A stretch of DNA of 63,654 bases, counting the filler, from Octopus bimaculoides (Eukaryota), in the NCBI RefSeq assembly GCF_001194135.2. It is 6 parts of 4 records of this genome, joined end to end, with 100 filler letters (N's around TTAATTAATTAA, not from the genome) between each part and the next. Parts side by side here need not be neighbours in the genome. Positions count along the whole stretch, not along the records: positions 1 to 29,541 come from NC_068988.1; 5 more parts are not named here. One strand, 5' to 3'. This document shows, piece after piece, positions 1 to 12,339 of the stretch (its first letter is position 1; each line of letters begins with the position of its first letter). The position numbers and the translations under genes were made by a program. A model generated the notes under the pieces. The model did not search any database and was not told the DNA's origin. It saw only the letters and a list, made by a program, of their open reading frames with translations.

Positions 1-272
1 ATTTTATTTAACAAACTGTGACGCTAAAGACCGAGGTTACCGTGGTCTTTTCGTAGGTTTTTCTTTCCACGGATAACCTCCCCATTTATTGGGAATTTTT
101 GTATTATTTCGTATTTTTTGTAAATACCCCAAACGTTTTGCGATGTTTTTTTTCATCGTTGTCCCCACTTTTGTTTTTTTTTCTGCTTTGTTTTCGCCCC
201 CCTCGAAAAGAAAAACTCTACATTTGTATTTTGTCCCCTCTGTGTTGAGCCCTGTGTGGCTAATAAAGAAAC

Positions 273-305
<33 letters not shown>

Positions 306-395
306 AGTTTGTGTGTGTGTATGTGTGTGTGTGTGTGTGTGTGTGTATATAAAAAATAATCCTTTATATAATACCCTCACACACATACATTTACA

Positions 396-437
<42 letters not shown>

Positions 438-462
438 TCTATCTATATATTGCACACACATG

Positions 463-528
<66 letters not shown>

Positions 529-1075
529 CATCTTTGTATATATGTCTTCCTGGGGCTATAAACGTCATTAGCATTGTCCTGTATTTGTCCAGTTATATGT
601 TACGGTTCCATACTGCTACTGTTTATATCTCGCTCAGAGATTTAATATGGAATACACACACACACACATACACATTTCACATGTAAACATATAAAGAGAG
701 TGATAGATAGATAGACAGACAGACAGACAGATAGATAGATAGAGAGACAGACAGACATATAGATAGACAACTAGATAGATGGATAAAGAGATAAACGGAT
801 TGGCATGCATAAAATTAGATATGCAAATAAGTCAAATGACGGAAAGAAGTGTGACTGTTGCTCGTAACATTTTTGGCAAATACCTAGAAGTGACTTCCCC
901 ATTCAGTGGAATGAACATGCGGAGACCCAACATGCACGTGATTAAACGACAACAACCAATGGGAACTTGTCGACCAGTTTCCGCCTGTCATCCTGCAGAA
1001 AGACATTTCTGGGTCTTTTTACACACAGGAGTTTGTCTATCAAATATATGTAAGTCAGCTTATTCGCATTATAGG

Positions 1076-1135
<60 letters not shown>

Positions 1136-1145
1136 NNNNNNNNNN

Positions 1146-1208
<63 letters not shown>

Positions 1209-1243
1209 CTACGTGTGTCTGTGTGCCCGTGTGTTTTTCTTGC

Positions 1244-1500
1244 CAATAGATGGATCCGATTTCTAACCGAGATCCAAGTCTCCTTCATTGAAATTCCAAC
1301 AACATCAACAGGGCGCTCGTGCATGCTTGTGTGCGTATGTGCAGTATTTGGGGTCAATGCATGTGCAGATGTGTATGTTTTGTTTTAGGCATGCATTCCC
1401 ATGCATATAGCTGCATGTCCAGACATGCACATATATACTTAAGTACTAAACTTCTGGAAAGTTTTACAAAATTTTACTGTTCCATTGATTACTTGTACCT
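1244..1500 (-). mobile_element. Degenerate 3' end of the same RLE-type non-LTR family as 2340-2745
   Basis: Shares blocks with 2340-2570 (tttctaacc.agat.caag, catgcatatag.tgcat.tc.agacatgc, aaacttctggaaagttttaca). It is interrupted at its edge by the MITE at 1536. Confidence 0.5.
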
Positions 1501-1535
1501 ATGTGTACAGGTATGTATATATGCATGTATATATG

Positions 1536-1692
1536 CAGAGCCGGCTCAAGGCACCGGCAACTTGGGCAGTCGCCCGGGACGCCATGTGCTAGAGGGCTCC
1601 AAGGAGGGCGTGACAAAGACAAGGAAATTTCCACGACCGCCAGCTTGTACACGCCGAAGTTCAGCTTGCCAGCAACCGTAGGGCCGGCCCTG
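1536..1692. mobile_element. hAT-type MITE (157 bp)
   Basis: TIRs CAGAGCCGGCTC / GGGCCGGCCCTG. 8-bp TSD tatatatg / tatgtatg (7/8 match). Inserted in a TATG microsatellite. Confidence 0.75.
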
Positions 1693-1854
1693 TATGTATG
1701 TATGTATGTATGTATGTATGTATGTATGTATGTATGTATGTATGTATGTATGCATGCATGTATGGTATATGTCTGTGCATATATGTGTGTCTGAATGTCT
1801 GTGTAGATGCGAGTGTATAGATATGTGTATANNNNNNNNNNTGTTTGTATATAT

Positions 1855-1905
<51 letters not shown>

Positions 1906-2339
1906 TACATATATGCCTGTATGTTCGTGTGTTTGTATGTATGCATGCATATATATGTGAGGTGTGTGTGTGTGCGTGCGCGTGTATATAAATGCTACGT
2001 TCATACACGTACGGCCGCCCTTCCTCAGAATAGAACGCTCATCGATTACATTAAAATAGTTGTGTAGTTAGTCAATAGGCGTGTATACCGTAAAGGAAGC
2101 TTCGTCATAATATTGTCATTTATGAGATAGTAATCAATTTTAAAGTCATTAATCAGAGATGCAGCAATGTGCTGTAGCAAACGAGATAATAATAATAAAT
2201 AGAAAACAGCGATATACCTGTGCATTGGTAGATGTCTATCTGAACAAATTTTAGTGTGTGTGGGGGCATGTTGGAGACAGACACAGAATGCCCTCACCAC
2301 ACACATATGTATGTATGCCATTATTTAGTTTATTTGAAG

Positions 2340-2745
2340 ATTTCCAACCAATAGAGAAAGAATCGGTTTCTAACCTAGATTCAAGGCTCCCACATTGCAA
2401 TTTCAACATCAGCAACAGGGTGTTTTTGTTTGTTTGTATGTATGTATGTATAGATTTGTATGTTCAGATTTGTATGGTTTGCTTTATGTATGTATTCTCA
2501 TGCATATAGTTGCATATCTAGACATGCTCATATGATAAACTTCTGGAAAGTTTTACAGATTTTTACAGTTCCAGTGATGGATTGGATCTGTAGTCTTCGA
2601 ATTAGCTTTCTCCTTTCTGGTTTTGAGAAGCCTAATTTCTCAAGATTGGTATTTAGGCAGTGTGTTACATATCCCAGGGTTCCAATAATTACAGGTATAA
2701 ACCTGAACTTGTAATCTGGATAGAGTAACTGCAGATTTCTCAATA
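2340..2745 (-). mobile_element. 3' end of an RLE-type (R4/Hero/NeSL-like) non-LTR retrotransposon
   Basis: ORF 2528-2812 contains YPDYKFRFIPVIIGTLGYV...LEKLG, the P(V/I)(V/I)IGxLG C-terminus of restriction-like endonuclease LINEs. It is 5'-truncated at a (TATG)n run. Confidence 0.75.
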
Positions 2746-3535
2746 GATGTATGTATGTATGTATGTATGTATGTATGTATGTATAAATGAGACGAATTTT
2801 ATGAACAAACATTGAAGCGTCGAGATTGGTATTTTAGAAATGAAGCAAATGTCGATCGCTGGGGAATAGTTGTGAAGACAGCTAAGAGGATTGGGTAGAA
2901 TCCCCTAATAGCCGGGGAAAAGGCCCACCAAGCCGCTACAGAGAATTAAACTCTGGGCCGCCACTCAATATACACACCGACACACATACACACACGTACG
3001 TATATATATATATATGCATACAAACATACATATGCATACAACAAACATACATATGCATACAAACATACATAATCAAAATTAATTAAGATGCTTTTTAATG
3101 TTTCACAATTAAAACTTACACAAAAATTACACATACAGACAAATCCTTACGCGCGCGCACACACACACGGACGTATGCATGCATGCATGCATGCATGCAT
3201 GTATGTATGTATGTATGTATGTATGTATGTATGTATGTATGTATGTATGTATGTACGACTGTTTAACAATAGCAACAGGGTAAGCTGGAGATTTCTTCAA
3301 TAAACAATGGAAGCAGTGTAACTTGGAACATTCCTCTCTTAGATTTCTTTACATTTGATTCTTTAGACACCAACTGTTTACATTGGTTCTCCGAAACAAC
3401 ACGTGTTTGTTGATCGACGATTTTCACACTCTCAGACTCTCAGCTAAAACTTAATGTGCCCCGGTATGTATAATGTTTCTCAACTGAAAGCGAAATATAA
3501 TACGAACGAAGATGAATATTGTACCAACCAACCTC

Positions 3536-3572
<37 letters not shown>

Positions 3573-3970
3573 GCCACGCTATGAAAAACATGAAATTTAT
3601 CACTTCATGTAGACGGCTGCTACATTTTTAACCCTCGGTCGACGAAACGAGGTTGTGGAAAGTAAGTGTTGTATTCTTAGGTACAACGACGTTTTTTTTT
3701 ACTTCGTGGGAACGAAATTGCTTAAGTAGATCGATTGGGTATTCTTTCGGTTTGTGATCACAAATTGAAAGTGGAAATATCTATTCGATAATATCTAAGG
3801 GGCACGTGCCAAATAGGCGACCTAAACTACTTTCACCCCGCAAAGTCAGCTTTTTAATTTAATTTAATTTAATTTAATTTAATTTTATTTTATTTTCAAA
3901 AATCACTTCTGATTCCTGTTTTTAACAACGGAGATGTGGTTGGGAAGCAAGCTTCTTACTACACAGCCAC

Positions 3971-4022
<52 letters not shown>

Positions 4023-4399
4023 GTTGTTGTTGTTCTTCTTATTATTATTATTTCATGTACGGAGGTAACAATTCTGATTGAAAGAAAAAATTCTATTTTT
4101 TCAAATTTCAATTTTTCTTTTCAGTATTTCAACGCCAAACGCCTATCATAATTTTCCACTTTCATTTTATAGTCATATACCGAAAGAATACCGTCCATAA
4201 AGCAAACTTATATTAACCGGTTCTTAGAGAACAATGTCAAATACCATCAAATCTGACAATATTCCATCATATCACTACTTAATATAATACTTTTTTCTTT
4301 TTCTTTCTCTCTTTTTTCTCCTCACATTTTCACCATTCTGACAAGTAATAAAATAAATTGTAAAAAAACAAAAAAAAACAACAAAAAACAAACTAAATC

Positions 4400-4557
4400 T
4401 AGATTTCTGACGGTGACCACCACTGCACCCTGCAACGTCTGCAACAGGATCTGCAAATCCTGGGTAGGTCTGTATTCTTACATGAGACGACACGACAGAT
4501 CATCAAACAGACAAACGCTGGACAGCCGTATCCTGTTGAACTCGCATTCATTCATTC

Positions 4558-4588
<31 letters not shown>

Positions 4589-4600
4589 CATGTATGTATA
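4400..4600 (+). mobile_element. RTE (BovB-like) LINE 3' end
   Basis: CNVCNRICKSWVGLYSYMRRH is a C2H2-like C-terminal finger typical of RTE ORF ends, followed by a (CATT/CATA)n tail. Confidence 0.7.
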
Positions 4601-5157
4601 GACGTCTACGAATCCACAAGTCAGTAAAAAATATGCACTCGTATATTTGTCGGCGATCGAGAAGGGGTATATAAAGGGTATATCAATCAAAGTATGATCG
4701 ATCCATTACAGCTGATTTTAACAATCGGTTTCGCAGTCGGTAAGAACGGGTGGCTGTAATGGATTCATGACACCGAATATTTTGATTAGCTGGCACAATC
4801 GTTAGAACGGCGGTGCCCCAACATGGCCAAAACCTTTCGGCTGAAACGTAGAATAAAATAATATGTATGTATGTATGTATGTATGAATGCATATATGTAT
4901 GCATGCATGTATGTATATATGTATGTATGTATGTCTGTATGTATGTATGTATGTATGTATGTGTGTATGTATGTATGCATGTGTGTATGTATGTATGTAT
5001 GTGTATATATATATATATATGTACATATAGGTAGTGCGCGCCGTGTGTGTATGAATGTAGATAGATAGATAGACAGACGGATGGATCTAATTCACATTCA
5101 GACACATATTCATTTATAAATACGATGAAATAAAATGAAATGAAAATCTAAACTTAC

Positions 5158-5220
5158 CGGCTTGCCATCTTTGCCAGGTGGTCCGACGGGGCCAGTTGGT
5201 CCGCGCTCACCAGGATCACC
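5158..5220 (-). CDS. Collagen alpha chain, 63-bp Gly-X-Y segment GDPGERGPTGPVGPPGKDGKP
   Basis: Seven perfect Gly-X-Y triplets with phase-0 donor CCG|gtaagt. Preceded in frame by a possible acceptor tttatctgcag|G. Confidence 0.92.
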
Positions 5221-5331
5221 CTGCAGATAAACAGGTTCGAAATCTTGACTTAAAATTGGAGCAGGTGAGAAAATTAAAACAAATAAAACAACGAGTCGAA
5301 TTAATTCTCCATTTGGCATAGTCACAGACAT
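5221..5331 (-). CDS. Possible signal peptide / N-terminal extension MSVTMPNGELIRLVVLFVLIFSPAPILS-QDFEPVYLQ (would make 5158-5331 a first coding exon)
   Basis: In-frame ATGs at 5331 and 5319, a basic residue, hydrophobic core LVVLFVLIF and plausible cleavage ILS|Q, directly followed by Gly-X-Y. It could instead be a T-rich intron 3' end. Confidence 0.55.
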
Positions 5332-5539
5332 AATGTTGGTGTGTCGTCCTAAACTGTACAATTTTGACTTATGTCGAGAAATGTGATTTGGTAATTCAAC
5401 GTTTGCTCGCCGTTGTTGTTGTTGTTGTTAGCAGCACGTCTGCTGTTCGTTGGTTGCAGGGTGGCATACACCAACGGAGCCTGGTCGCCAGAGAGCGCTC
5501 GCTCGCATAAGTCCTCCTAGAAATGGCTTTCTTCTTCTT

Positions 5540-6243
5540 TCTCTTCTTTCTTTTCTCTTCTACTACGAAGAGTTAGAGAAAGAATGTGGGGGAGGGAGAA
5601 GACAGTGGAAGTGTGGAGGGAGGGGGAACGACGGGTGCTGGGAGGGTGAGGGTTTGTTTTGGTAATCTGGCAGTGAAAGAGCGAGAGAGAGCAAAAGAAA
5701 GGAAGAAGAAAAATGAGGAGGAGGAGAAGTTGTAACGATAACGAGAGAGAGAGAGAGAAGAAGGGGGGAGAGGAGGAAGGGAGATGTAAGGATAATGAGA
5801 GAAAGAAAGAAGTAAAGAAAGAAAAAGAAAAAGAACGGAGATGTAAAGATGAGAGAGAGAAAGAAGAAAGGGAGCGGGGATGTGAGGTTAATGAGAGAGA
5901 AAGAGGGAGAGAGATAAAGAGAGAGAGGACGAAAGAGGAGTGGGGTGGTAGTGTGGGAGGGAAGCAGTCACAGAATAAAACGCGAAATTGGTGTAAAAGA
6001 ATTAGCAGCGAAGATTACAGAAAGACAAAATTTGTTTTTTTATATGAAAGGGGGAAAAAAATAAAAGATTCAAGGAAAAAAAGTGAGTATTTTGAATTTA
6101 AACGAATGTAATTTTTTTTTCTTTTTGCTTATAATTTTGATTTTCAATTTAACTTGTAAAATAGAAAAATCTGTAGAAACAAACGACCCCCACCCCAAAC
6201 CTGTTTCTCCCCGCCTTTATTCATTTTGTGAACCTCTCCTACC

Positions 6244-6283
<40 letters not shown>

Positions 6284-6290
6284 CACTCCC
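5540..6290 (-). promoter_or_regulatory. Candidate promoter / CT-rich 5'UTR upstream of the putative collagen first exon
   Basis: SINE-free GA/CT-rich tract, TATAAAA on the minus strand at 6038-6044, and a G-quadruplex motif on the plus strand at 5618-5652. There is no direct TSS evidence. Confidence 0.3.
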
Positions 6291-6464
6291 CCCTCTCTTT
6301 TTTAATATATAATAACAACAGTATTTTGGTCAAAATGTTTGTTGCTGAGATAGCGAAGTGGTTGCTTCTTAAGTTGTCTAAAAATATAAAACAATAATAG
6401 CGTATTGTTTCGTTTCGCTGAATGATCATTTTTTTTCTCGCAAAGTTGTCATATTAATAATAAA

Positions 6465-6675
6465 AATAATCCTTTCTACTATAGGCACAAGACCAGCAAA
6501 TTCAAGGGAGGGGGGATAAGATTACATCTACCCCAGTGCTCGACTGGTACTCATTTTATCGACTCCAAAACGATAAAATCGACCCCAGCGGAATTTGAAC
6601 ATAGAACGTAAAGACGGACGAAATACCGCTAAGCATTTTTCCCGGCGTTCAAATGCTTCTGCCGGTTCGCTGCCT
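6465..6675 (-). mobile_element. tRNA-derived SINE, family A
   Basis: Matches the near-consensus copy at 14181-14408 (A-box TGGCAGAATCG-like, B-box GAGTTCAAATTCC, gtcgataaa..aagtaccag body). Confidence 0.85.
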
Positions 6676-7254
6676 AAACAGGAAAAAGAATAACAAATAA
6701 AGTAAGCGAAGCTTCTTTATGATTTTAATGTTTGGCAGGAACAACGATCGCTGTTATCTGTAGACTTTACCGAAATTCTTCATTTTCTTCTCCCCACCCA
6801 AACGAATTCCTCGCCTTTCCTGGTTCATGCTAAGCATGCGTTCACATGAAACTCTGTGCGTGCGTGCGTTGATGCGCGTGTGAGTAGAATGCGCCGGAAC
6901 GAACACACAAACACAGGCATTCTTTACAGAGCGAACTCGGGTTTAGCCGTGAGGGTATTACAGCAGACGACATATGAAGAGGACTCGATAAGTTCGTCTC
7001 CCCTTCGTGACGCTTCAATGTTCTTTTGTTCACCTTGGAGTATAAACCGGAATATAATCTCCATGGAACTCGTTGCAATGTTGTGAAAGAAACGTGGTGA
7101 AGACAACAATTTGTTTTCGTTACTCAATACGAAGCCGGAGGCGTATAAGTACACATTAGGGCCCCACCACTCTTGTTTCTGTATAATTTTTAAAAGTGAA
7201 ACCTATTTTCTTAACGAAATTTTACAGGGATGCGTTTTCGAAGGTGTACATTAC

Positions 7255-7470
7255 GGTTATGTCTCTATTTTTTTTTACTTCTTTCAGTCATTAGACTGTG
7301 GCCATGCTTGGACAATGCTTTGAAGGGCTTCAGACAAACCGGTCGACCTTGGTGCCATGTTTTAAAAGTTGCATACTTATTCTATCAGTCTGTTTTGTCG
7401 AACCGCTAATATTATGGGAACGTAAACAAGCCAACACCAGTTGTCAAGCATTGGTGTGTGTGTGTGTGTG
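7255..7470 (-). mobile_element. SINE family B, 3' half
   Basis: Contains cagtcatt.gactg.ggccatgct...gaaccgctaa...aacaccag blocks shared with about 15 other copies. Confidence 0.8.
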
Positions 7471-7659
7471 GAGGGTCAAGCACAGGCACAAAGACACGTA
7501 TGCATAAACACACACACAGATAGACAGATAGACAGACAGACAGACAGACAGATAGATGGATAGATAGATGGACAAATAGACAAACAGACAGACAGATAGA
7601 TAGATGGATAGATAGACAAATAGATGGATTGATGAAAGTAAAGATTGATGCACAAGTAA

Positions 7660-7825
7660 AGACGACAGCTTTCCCCACAACGTTTTTGTCTATCAAATTC
7701 ACTTGTAAGTGATTAGTCGGCCCAGGGCTATAAGAGAAGACACTTGCCTAAGATGCCACACAGTGGGACTGAACCCAGAACCATGTGGTTGGGAAGTAAA
7801 TTTTTTACCACACAGTCACGCCTAC
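7660..7825 (-). mobile_element. SINE family B, 5' half
   Basis: cagtgggactgaaccc.gaaccatgtggttgg (reverse complement of tRNA-like head with B-box GGTTCAGTCC). Confidence 0.8.
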
Positions 7826-7861
7826 ATCCATCCATCCATCCATACATACATCTTTCATATC

Positions 7862-8110
7862 TTTCACTTGTTTCAGTCAAGCGGTGATGGGGGTACAACA
7901 CAGACAAAAAAACACATAGATACACACACACACACACACACATACACAAATATACGTATACGACGGGCTTCTTTCAGTTTCCGTCTACCAAATTCACTCA
8001 CAAGGCTTTGGTCGGCCAGAGGCTATAGTAGACGACACTTGCCCAAGGTGCCACGCAGTGAGACTGAACCCGGAATCATGTGGTTGGGAAGCAAGCTTCG
8101 TACCACACAG
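7862..8110 (-). mobile_element. SINE family B
   Basis: Head, central microsatellite and part of the 3' body, as in the copy at 61385-61755. Confidence 0.8.
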
Positions 8111-8149
8111 CAAAATGTTCTTTAAAAATATGAATTTTATAGAGAATTA

Positions 8150-8410
8150 TAATAAGTACTGTCTCGAGTTGTTCGCTACATAACACCGGTTACTCGGTGT
8201 CCATGGTGTCTTGACCGCGACAGGATCACAACGCCCTCCCTCAGAATGGGCTGCCAGTGGTCGCAGAGTTACTCATTCATAGCTGAGGGGACCGGAGGAT
8301 TATAAATTGAAGTAGTTTGCATAATAAGATAACGCATAGCCAGGTTCGGGAATCGAACCCACGATCTAGCGATCGTGAATGCAACTCCCTAGCCACTAAG
8401 CCACACGCCT
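8150..8410 (-). mobile_element. tRNA-derived SINE, family D (CORE-like body)
   Basis: The reverse complement has A-box TGGCTTAGTGG, B-box GGTTCGATTCC, then ctcagctatgaatgagtaac..ctgcgac. A related copy is at 13985-14150. Confidence 0.7.
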
Positions 8411-8927
8411 TAGCAAACAGAATTAAGAGGAAACAAAATCGAGAGCGGGAAGTTGCGAATGATCAGATACTTCTTAAAGAAAAAAGACAGAAACAAAGGC
8501 ATAAAGCCCATTCGTAATCTTCAGTTGCGAAAACGAATCTCTTTAAAATTTCATTTATGAAAATGCATGTATTAGAAAGTTATGACAAAGCGAGACGAGG
8601 TGGGGCACCAAACTGCAGTTATGCCACTAAGGAGCTCCTACCTATTAATGTTATTCAAACAACTCGGAGTATATTGAAAGGAGTGGAGGGGGGAGGTGAG
8701 AGAAATAATCATCAATCAATGATCTGATTAGTCTTATATCTCATCGCGTCGATGAGATTGGAGATGGAAATCCTTTCTTAGTTGTCCTGTGGCTACCTTC
8801 GCTCGACCCTCGACACATTATCAAGGGAGAGTCGTTTCCAGGTGTTTTCCTCTCTTAATCCAACGCTACCAGCCGTTAAATCCCCTCCAGCTAATTTATC
8901 TATCTCATTATCAATGCAATAAGCACC

Positions 8928-9011
<84 letters not shown>

Positions 9012-9083
9012 AAATAGAAGCAATTAAATAACGATGTAGCTTTGTGTGTGTGTGTATAATTACTTACTGTCTGTCTGTCTGTG

Positions 9084-9119
<36 letters not shown>

Positions 9120-9139
9120 ATACATATATGTATGTATAT

Positions 9140-9345
9140 ATTCTTTTATCCTTTTATTTGTTTCAGCCATTTGACTACGGCCATGCTGGAGCACCGCCTT
9201 TTAGTCGAGCCAATCGACCTCAGAACTTACTCTTTGTAAGCCTAGTACATCTATCGGTCTCTTTTTGCCGAACCGCTAGGTTACGGAGACGTAAATACAC
9301 CAGCATCGGTTGTCAAGCAATGTTGGCGAGTGGGGGAGACAATCA
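9140..9345 (-). mobile_element. SINE family B, 3' half
   Basis: Same diagnostic blocks as the other family B copies. Confidence 0.85.
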
Positions 9346-9370
9346 CAGATACACAATCATCCACACACAA

Positions 9371-9432
<62 letters not shown>

Positions 9433-9480
9433 AAGAAGAACGAAAATGCTACTTTTTTAAAATTAGGTACATTTAAATTT

Positions 9481-9737
9481 ACATTATTTACATTATCTAC
9501 ATTTGACGGATATTCGTCCTCATCTTGTTTGTTGTTAATAATAATAATATAATAATAATAATAATAGTAACATCGATAGGAATGAGAACCCAGGTTCGAA
9601 ATTTCCCCAAGACACCTGACGAAGGCTGGAGGGTATATCAGCCGAAACGTTGTGTTAACAACAAACAAGATGAGGACGAATATCCGTCAAATGTAGATAA
9701 TGTAAATAATTCCTCATCTCTTAAATATAGAACTGTA
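9481..9737 (+). mobile_element. Small Penelope-like non-autonomous insertion with inverted arms and a hammerhead motif
   Basis: 12-bp TSD ACATTTAAATTT (9469-9480 and 9738-9749). 9481-9538 is the reverse complement of about 9655-9712. The hammerhead lies between the arms. Confidence 0.65.
9611..9656 (+). ncRNA. Minimal type I hammerhead ribozyme motif
   Basis: GACAC-CTGACGA-A-GGCTG(10-nt loop)CAGCC-GAAAC-GTT-GTGTT: stem I 5 bp, stem II 5 bp, intact core, and palindromic AACGTT in place of stem III. Confidence 0.65.
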
Positions 9738-10259
9738 ACATTTAAATTTCTTTATATAAATACATTTAAAAAATGTTTTTGTTTTACATGTTTCGGTTGT
9801 TTATAAACCTTATCAAAAATATTTACTTAAATGAAATATGTGGAGAAAAAAAATAATAAAATTAGTAATAAAATAAACGTTCATAGTGTAATTTTCTTTT
9901 TCCTGTAAATGAACGCATTAACAAGGAAATGCATTTCCTAAAGTATCGAATCTAAATTCTTTAAGCTGGAAACACTGAAACTATTTGTATATTATTCATA
10001 AGAAATAAAGATGAGACGTTGAATAGATGCATTTCTGTGAAGACTTCAGGGGAGATAACTTTACGACGACTATTAGTGCTGCTGCTGCTTATTTGACTGC
10101 TGCGGCCGCCCCTCCTTTTGAAAATAGTTTTGACCACACTACTTGATTTAGCATCACAGATAGCAACTGAAGTTGCTACTAGCAACGCCACGCAAAATAA
10201 TGGAAATTACCACGTGCTCTTGCAGGGAAAAGAAGAGTACACTATGAACGTTTTTTGAC

Positions 10260-10414
10260 CTTATTTACATCATTTACATTTGACGGATATTTGTCCTCAT
10301 CTTGTTTCAGCTGATATACCCTCCAGCCTTCATCAAGCAAGATGACAAATATCCGTCAAATGTAAATAATGTAAATAATATACATAATTCCTTACCTCTT
10401 AAATACTGAACTGT
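10260..10414 (-). mobile_element. Second, inverted copy of the 9481-9737 element with a damaged hammerhead
   Basis: The reverse complement reads TTGATGAAGGCTGGAGGGTATATCAGCTGAAAC (C3>U, stem III/I 3' strand deleted), between the same arms. Confidence 0.6.
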
Positions 10415-10952
10415 ACTATCAACGCTTATTTCATTAATGATTTTTTCTCTGCATATTTCATTTTTGATAAGGTTTATAAACAACCGAAACATGTAAAACA
10501 AAAACATTTTTTGAATGTATTTTTATATAAAGAAACTGAAATGAACCTAATTTAAAAAAAGCCGCATTTTCGTTCTTCTTTTTCATAAACATCTGCTTAC
10601 TTGTGTGTTACCTCTGCATTTATATATATATATATATATATATATNNNNNNNNNNNNNNNNNNNNNNNNNNNNNNNNNNNNNNNNNNNNNNNNNNNNNNN
10701 NNNNNNNNNNNNNNNNNNNNNNNNNNNNNNNNNNNNNNNNNNNNNNNNNNNNNNNNNNNNNNNNNNNNNNNNNNNNNNNNNNNNNNNNNNNNNNNNNNNN
10801 NNNNNNNNNNNNNNNNNNNNNNNNNNNNNNNNNNNNNNNNNNNNNNNNNNNNNNNNNNNNNNNNNNNNNNNNNNNNNNNNNNNNNNNNNNNNNNNNNNNN
10901 NNNNNNNNNNNNNNNNNNNNNNNNNNNNNNNNNNNNNNNNNNNNNNNNNNNN

Positions 10953-11011
<59 letters not shown>

Positions 11012-11013
11012 AT

Positions 11014-11281
11014 TGTCATGGCAAGGGTCGCGACACCCCCTGCTAGAATAGACTTGACCGAACGACTGTAAATAGTAGCGGTCTGAGTGAGAGACAGACA
11101 GAGAGTAGGTGTTAATTGCAGGAAATCGTAAGGTGTCGTTTTAGTAGTTTGTCGGAATATCGTGTGTTCGTTCGTGTTTAGCTCGGGAGAGTTTGTTGGA
11201 TTGTTACGTTGTTGTTACCCTGCTTCGTTATATGTTTATTGTGACTACACGGTTACAGTGTAAATAAGTATCGTCATAACT
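11014..11281 (+). mobile_element. Probable solo LTR
   Basis: Starts TGTCATG and ends CATAAC(T), an imperfect TG..CA inverted end. TAAATAA lies near the 3' end. The TSD is uncertain (gtat/gttt). Confidence 0.4.
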
Positions 11282-11284
11282 GTT

Positions 11285-11535
11285 TTTTTTTAAGTCGGCA
11301 CTTATTCCATCGATATCTTTTGCCAAATTTCTAAGTTACGGGATCGTGAAGAAACACACACTAGTTTCCAAGCAGTGATGGTGGGACAAACACAGGCACA
11401 CAAATTCGACGGGCTTGCTCACAATCTCCGCCTACCAAACTCACTGACAAGGCATTGGTTGGCCCAGGGCTGGCTATAGTACAAGACGCTTTCTCGAGGT
11501 TTTTCGCAATAAGATTTAATCCGAAACCATGCTGT
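11285..11535 (-). mobile_element. SINE family B, degenerate
   Basis: gacgggcttgctc...ctaccaaactcactgacaaggc.ttggttggcc blocks. Confidence 0.65.
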
Positions 11536-11957
11536 TTTAGAATTTATTTCGTATCTAAAGTCTGTGGATTCACAATCTACAGACGGCATTTAAAATTTGG
11601 ATGGAATTATTAACCAAGAATCGAACATGAACAACATCTTACAATGAGAAGCATTTATTTCTAAGTTACAAGAAATTAAACTAAGAAACTATTATAAACA
11701 TCTGGGCATCTTTGTTAACGCAATTACATCAAGAGAAGCCATATTAACTGCAGTTTTCGTCCAGAGACCTGTTAGCAAAATCCTCACAGAACGAAGATTG
11801 AAACTTGTAGATTAAATACTATGTTGAAAAGTAGGGATGTGATCTACAAAGGACCAGCTTCATTTTGATGTATGATACATGTTCCTGTGTTGGTAATTAT
11901 ACCTTGTCCGAAACAAAATGGCATTACTTTTTGACTCACCCTCGTATATCGTTGTGA

Positions 11958-11998
<41 letters not shown>

Positions 11999-11999
11999 T

Positions 12000-12200
12000 G
12001 TGCGTTGCTTTGTGTTTGTCCCCTACCACTACCTAATACGCGATGTTGGTTTGTTTACGTTCCCGTAACTTAGCGGTTCTGCAAAATAGACCAACAGAAT
12101 AAGTACGACACAAAAAATACAAGTCCTGCGGTCGACCTGTTCGACTAAATCCTTCAACATGGCCGAAGTCCAATGACTGAAACAAGTAACAGATAAAAGA
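12000..12200 (+). mobile_element. SINE family B, 3' half
   Basis: tttacgt.cccgtaacttagcggttc...agaataagtac...catggcc.aagtc.aatgactgaaacaagtaa. Confidence 0.8.
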
Positions 12201-12339
12201 AACTCTGAAGTAGTGAATTAAAAGAGGAGATGAAAGAAGACAATTGATTCCGGTTAACATGATTAATAAATAATTGTTCGGATTAGTCCCTTTCTTTGCA
12301 GAGACGGAGCCTTTCTTGTTTAATATTGATATTTACACT

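Noticed and set aside
5315-5335. ATGTCT...ATG spacing recalling the 5' stem-loop of vertebrate fibrillar collagens
   Set aside because: Both ATGs are in frame and no comparable stem-loop pairing is visible. The resemblance is only a few bases.
8340-8410. SINE heads as tRNA genes
   Set aside because: A and B boxes are present but there is no complete cloverleaf, and each continues into a repeated SINE body.
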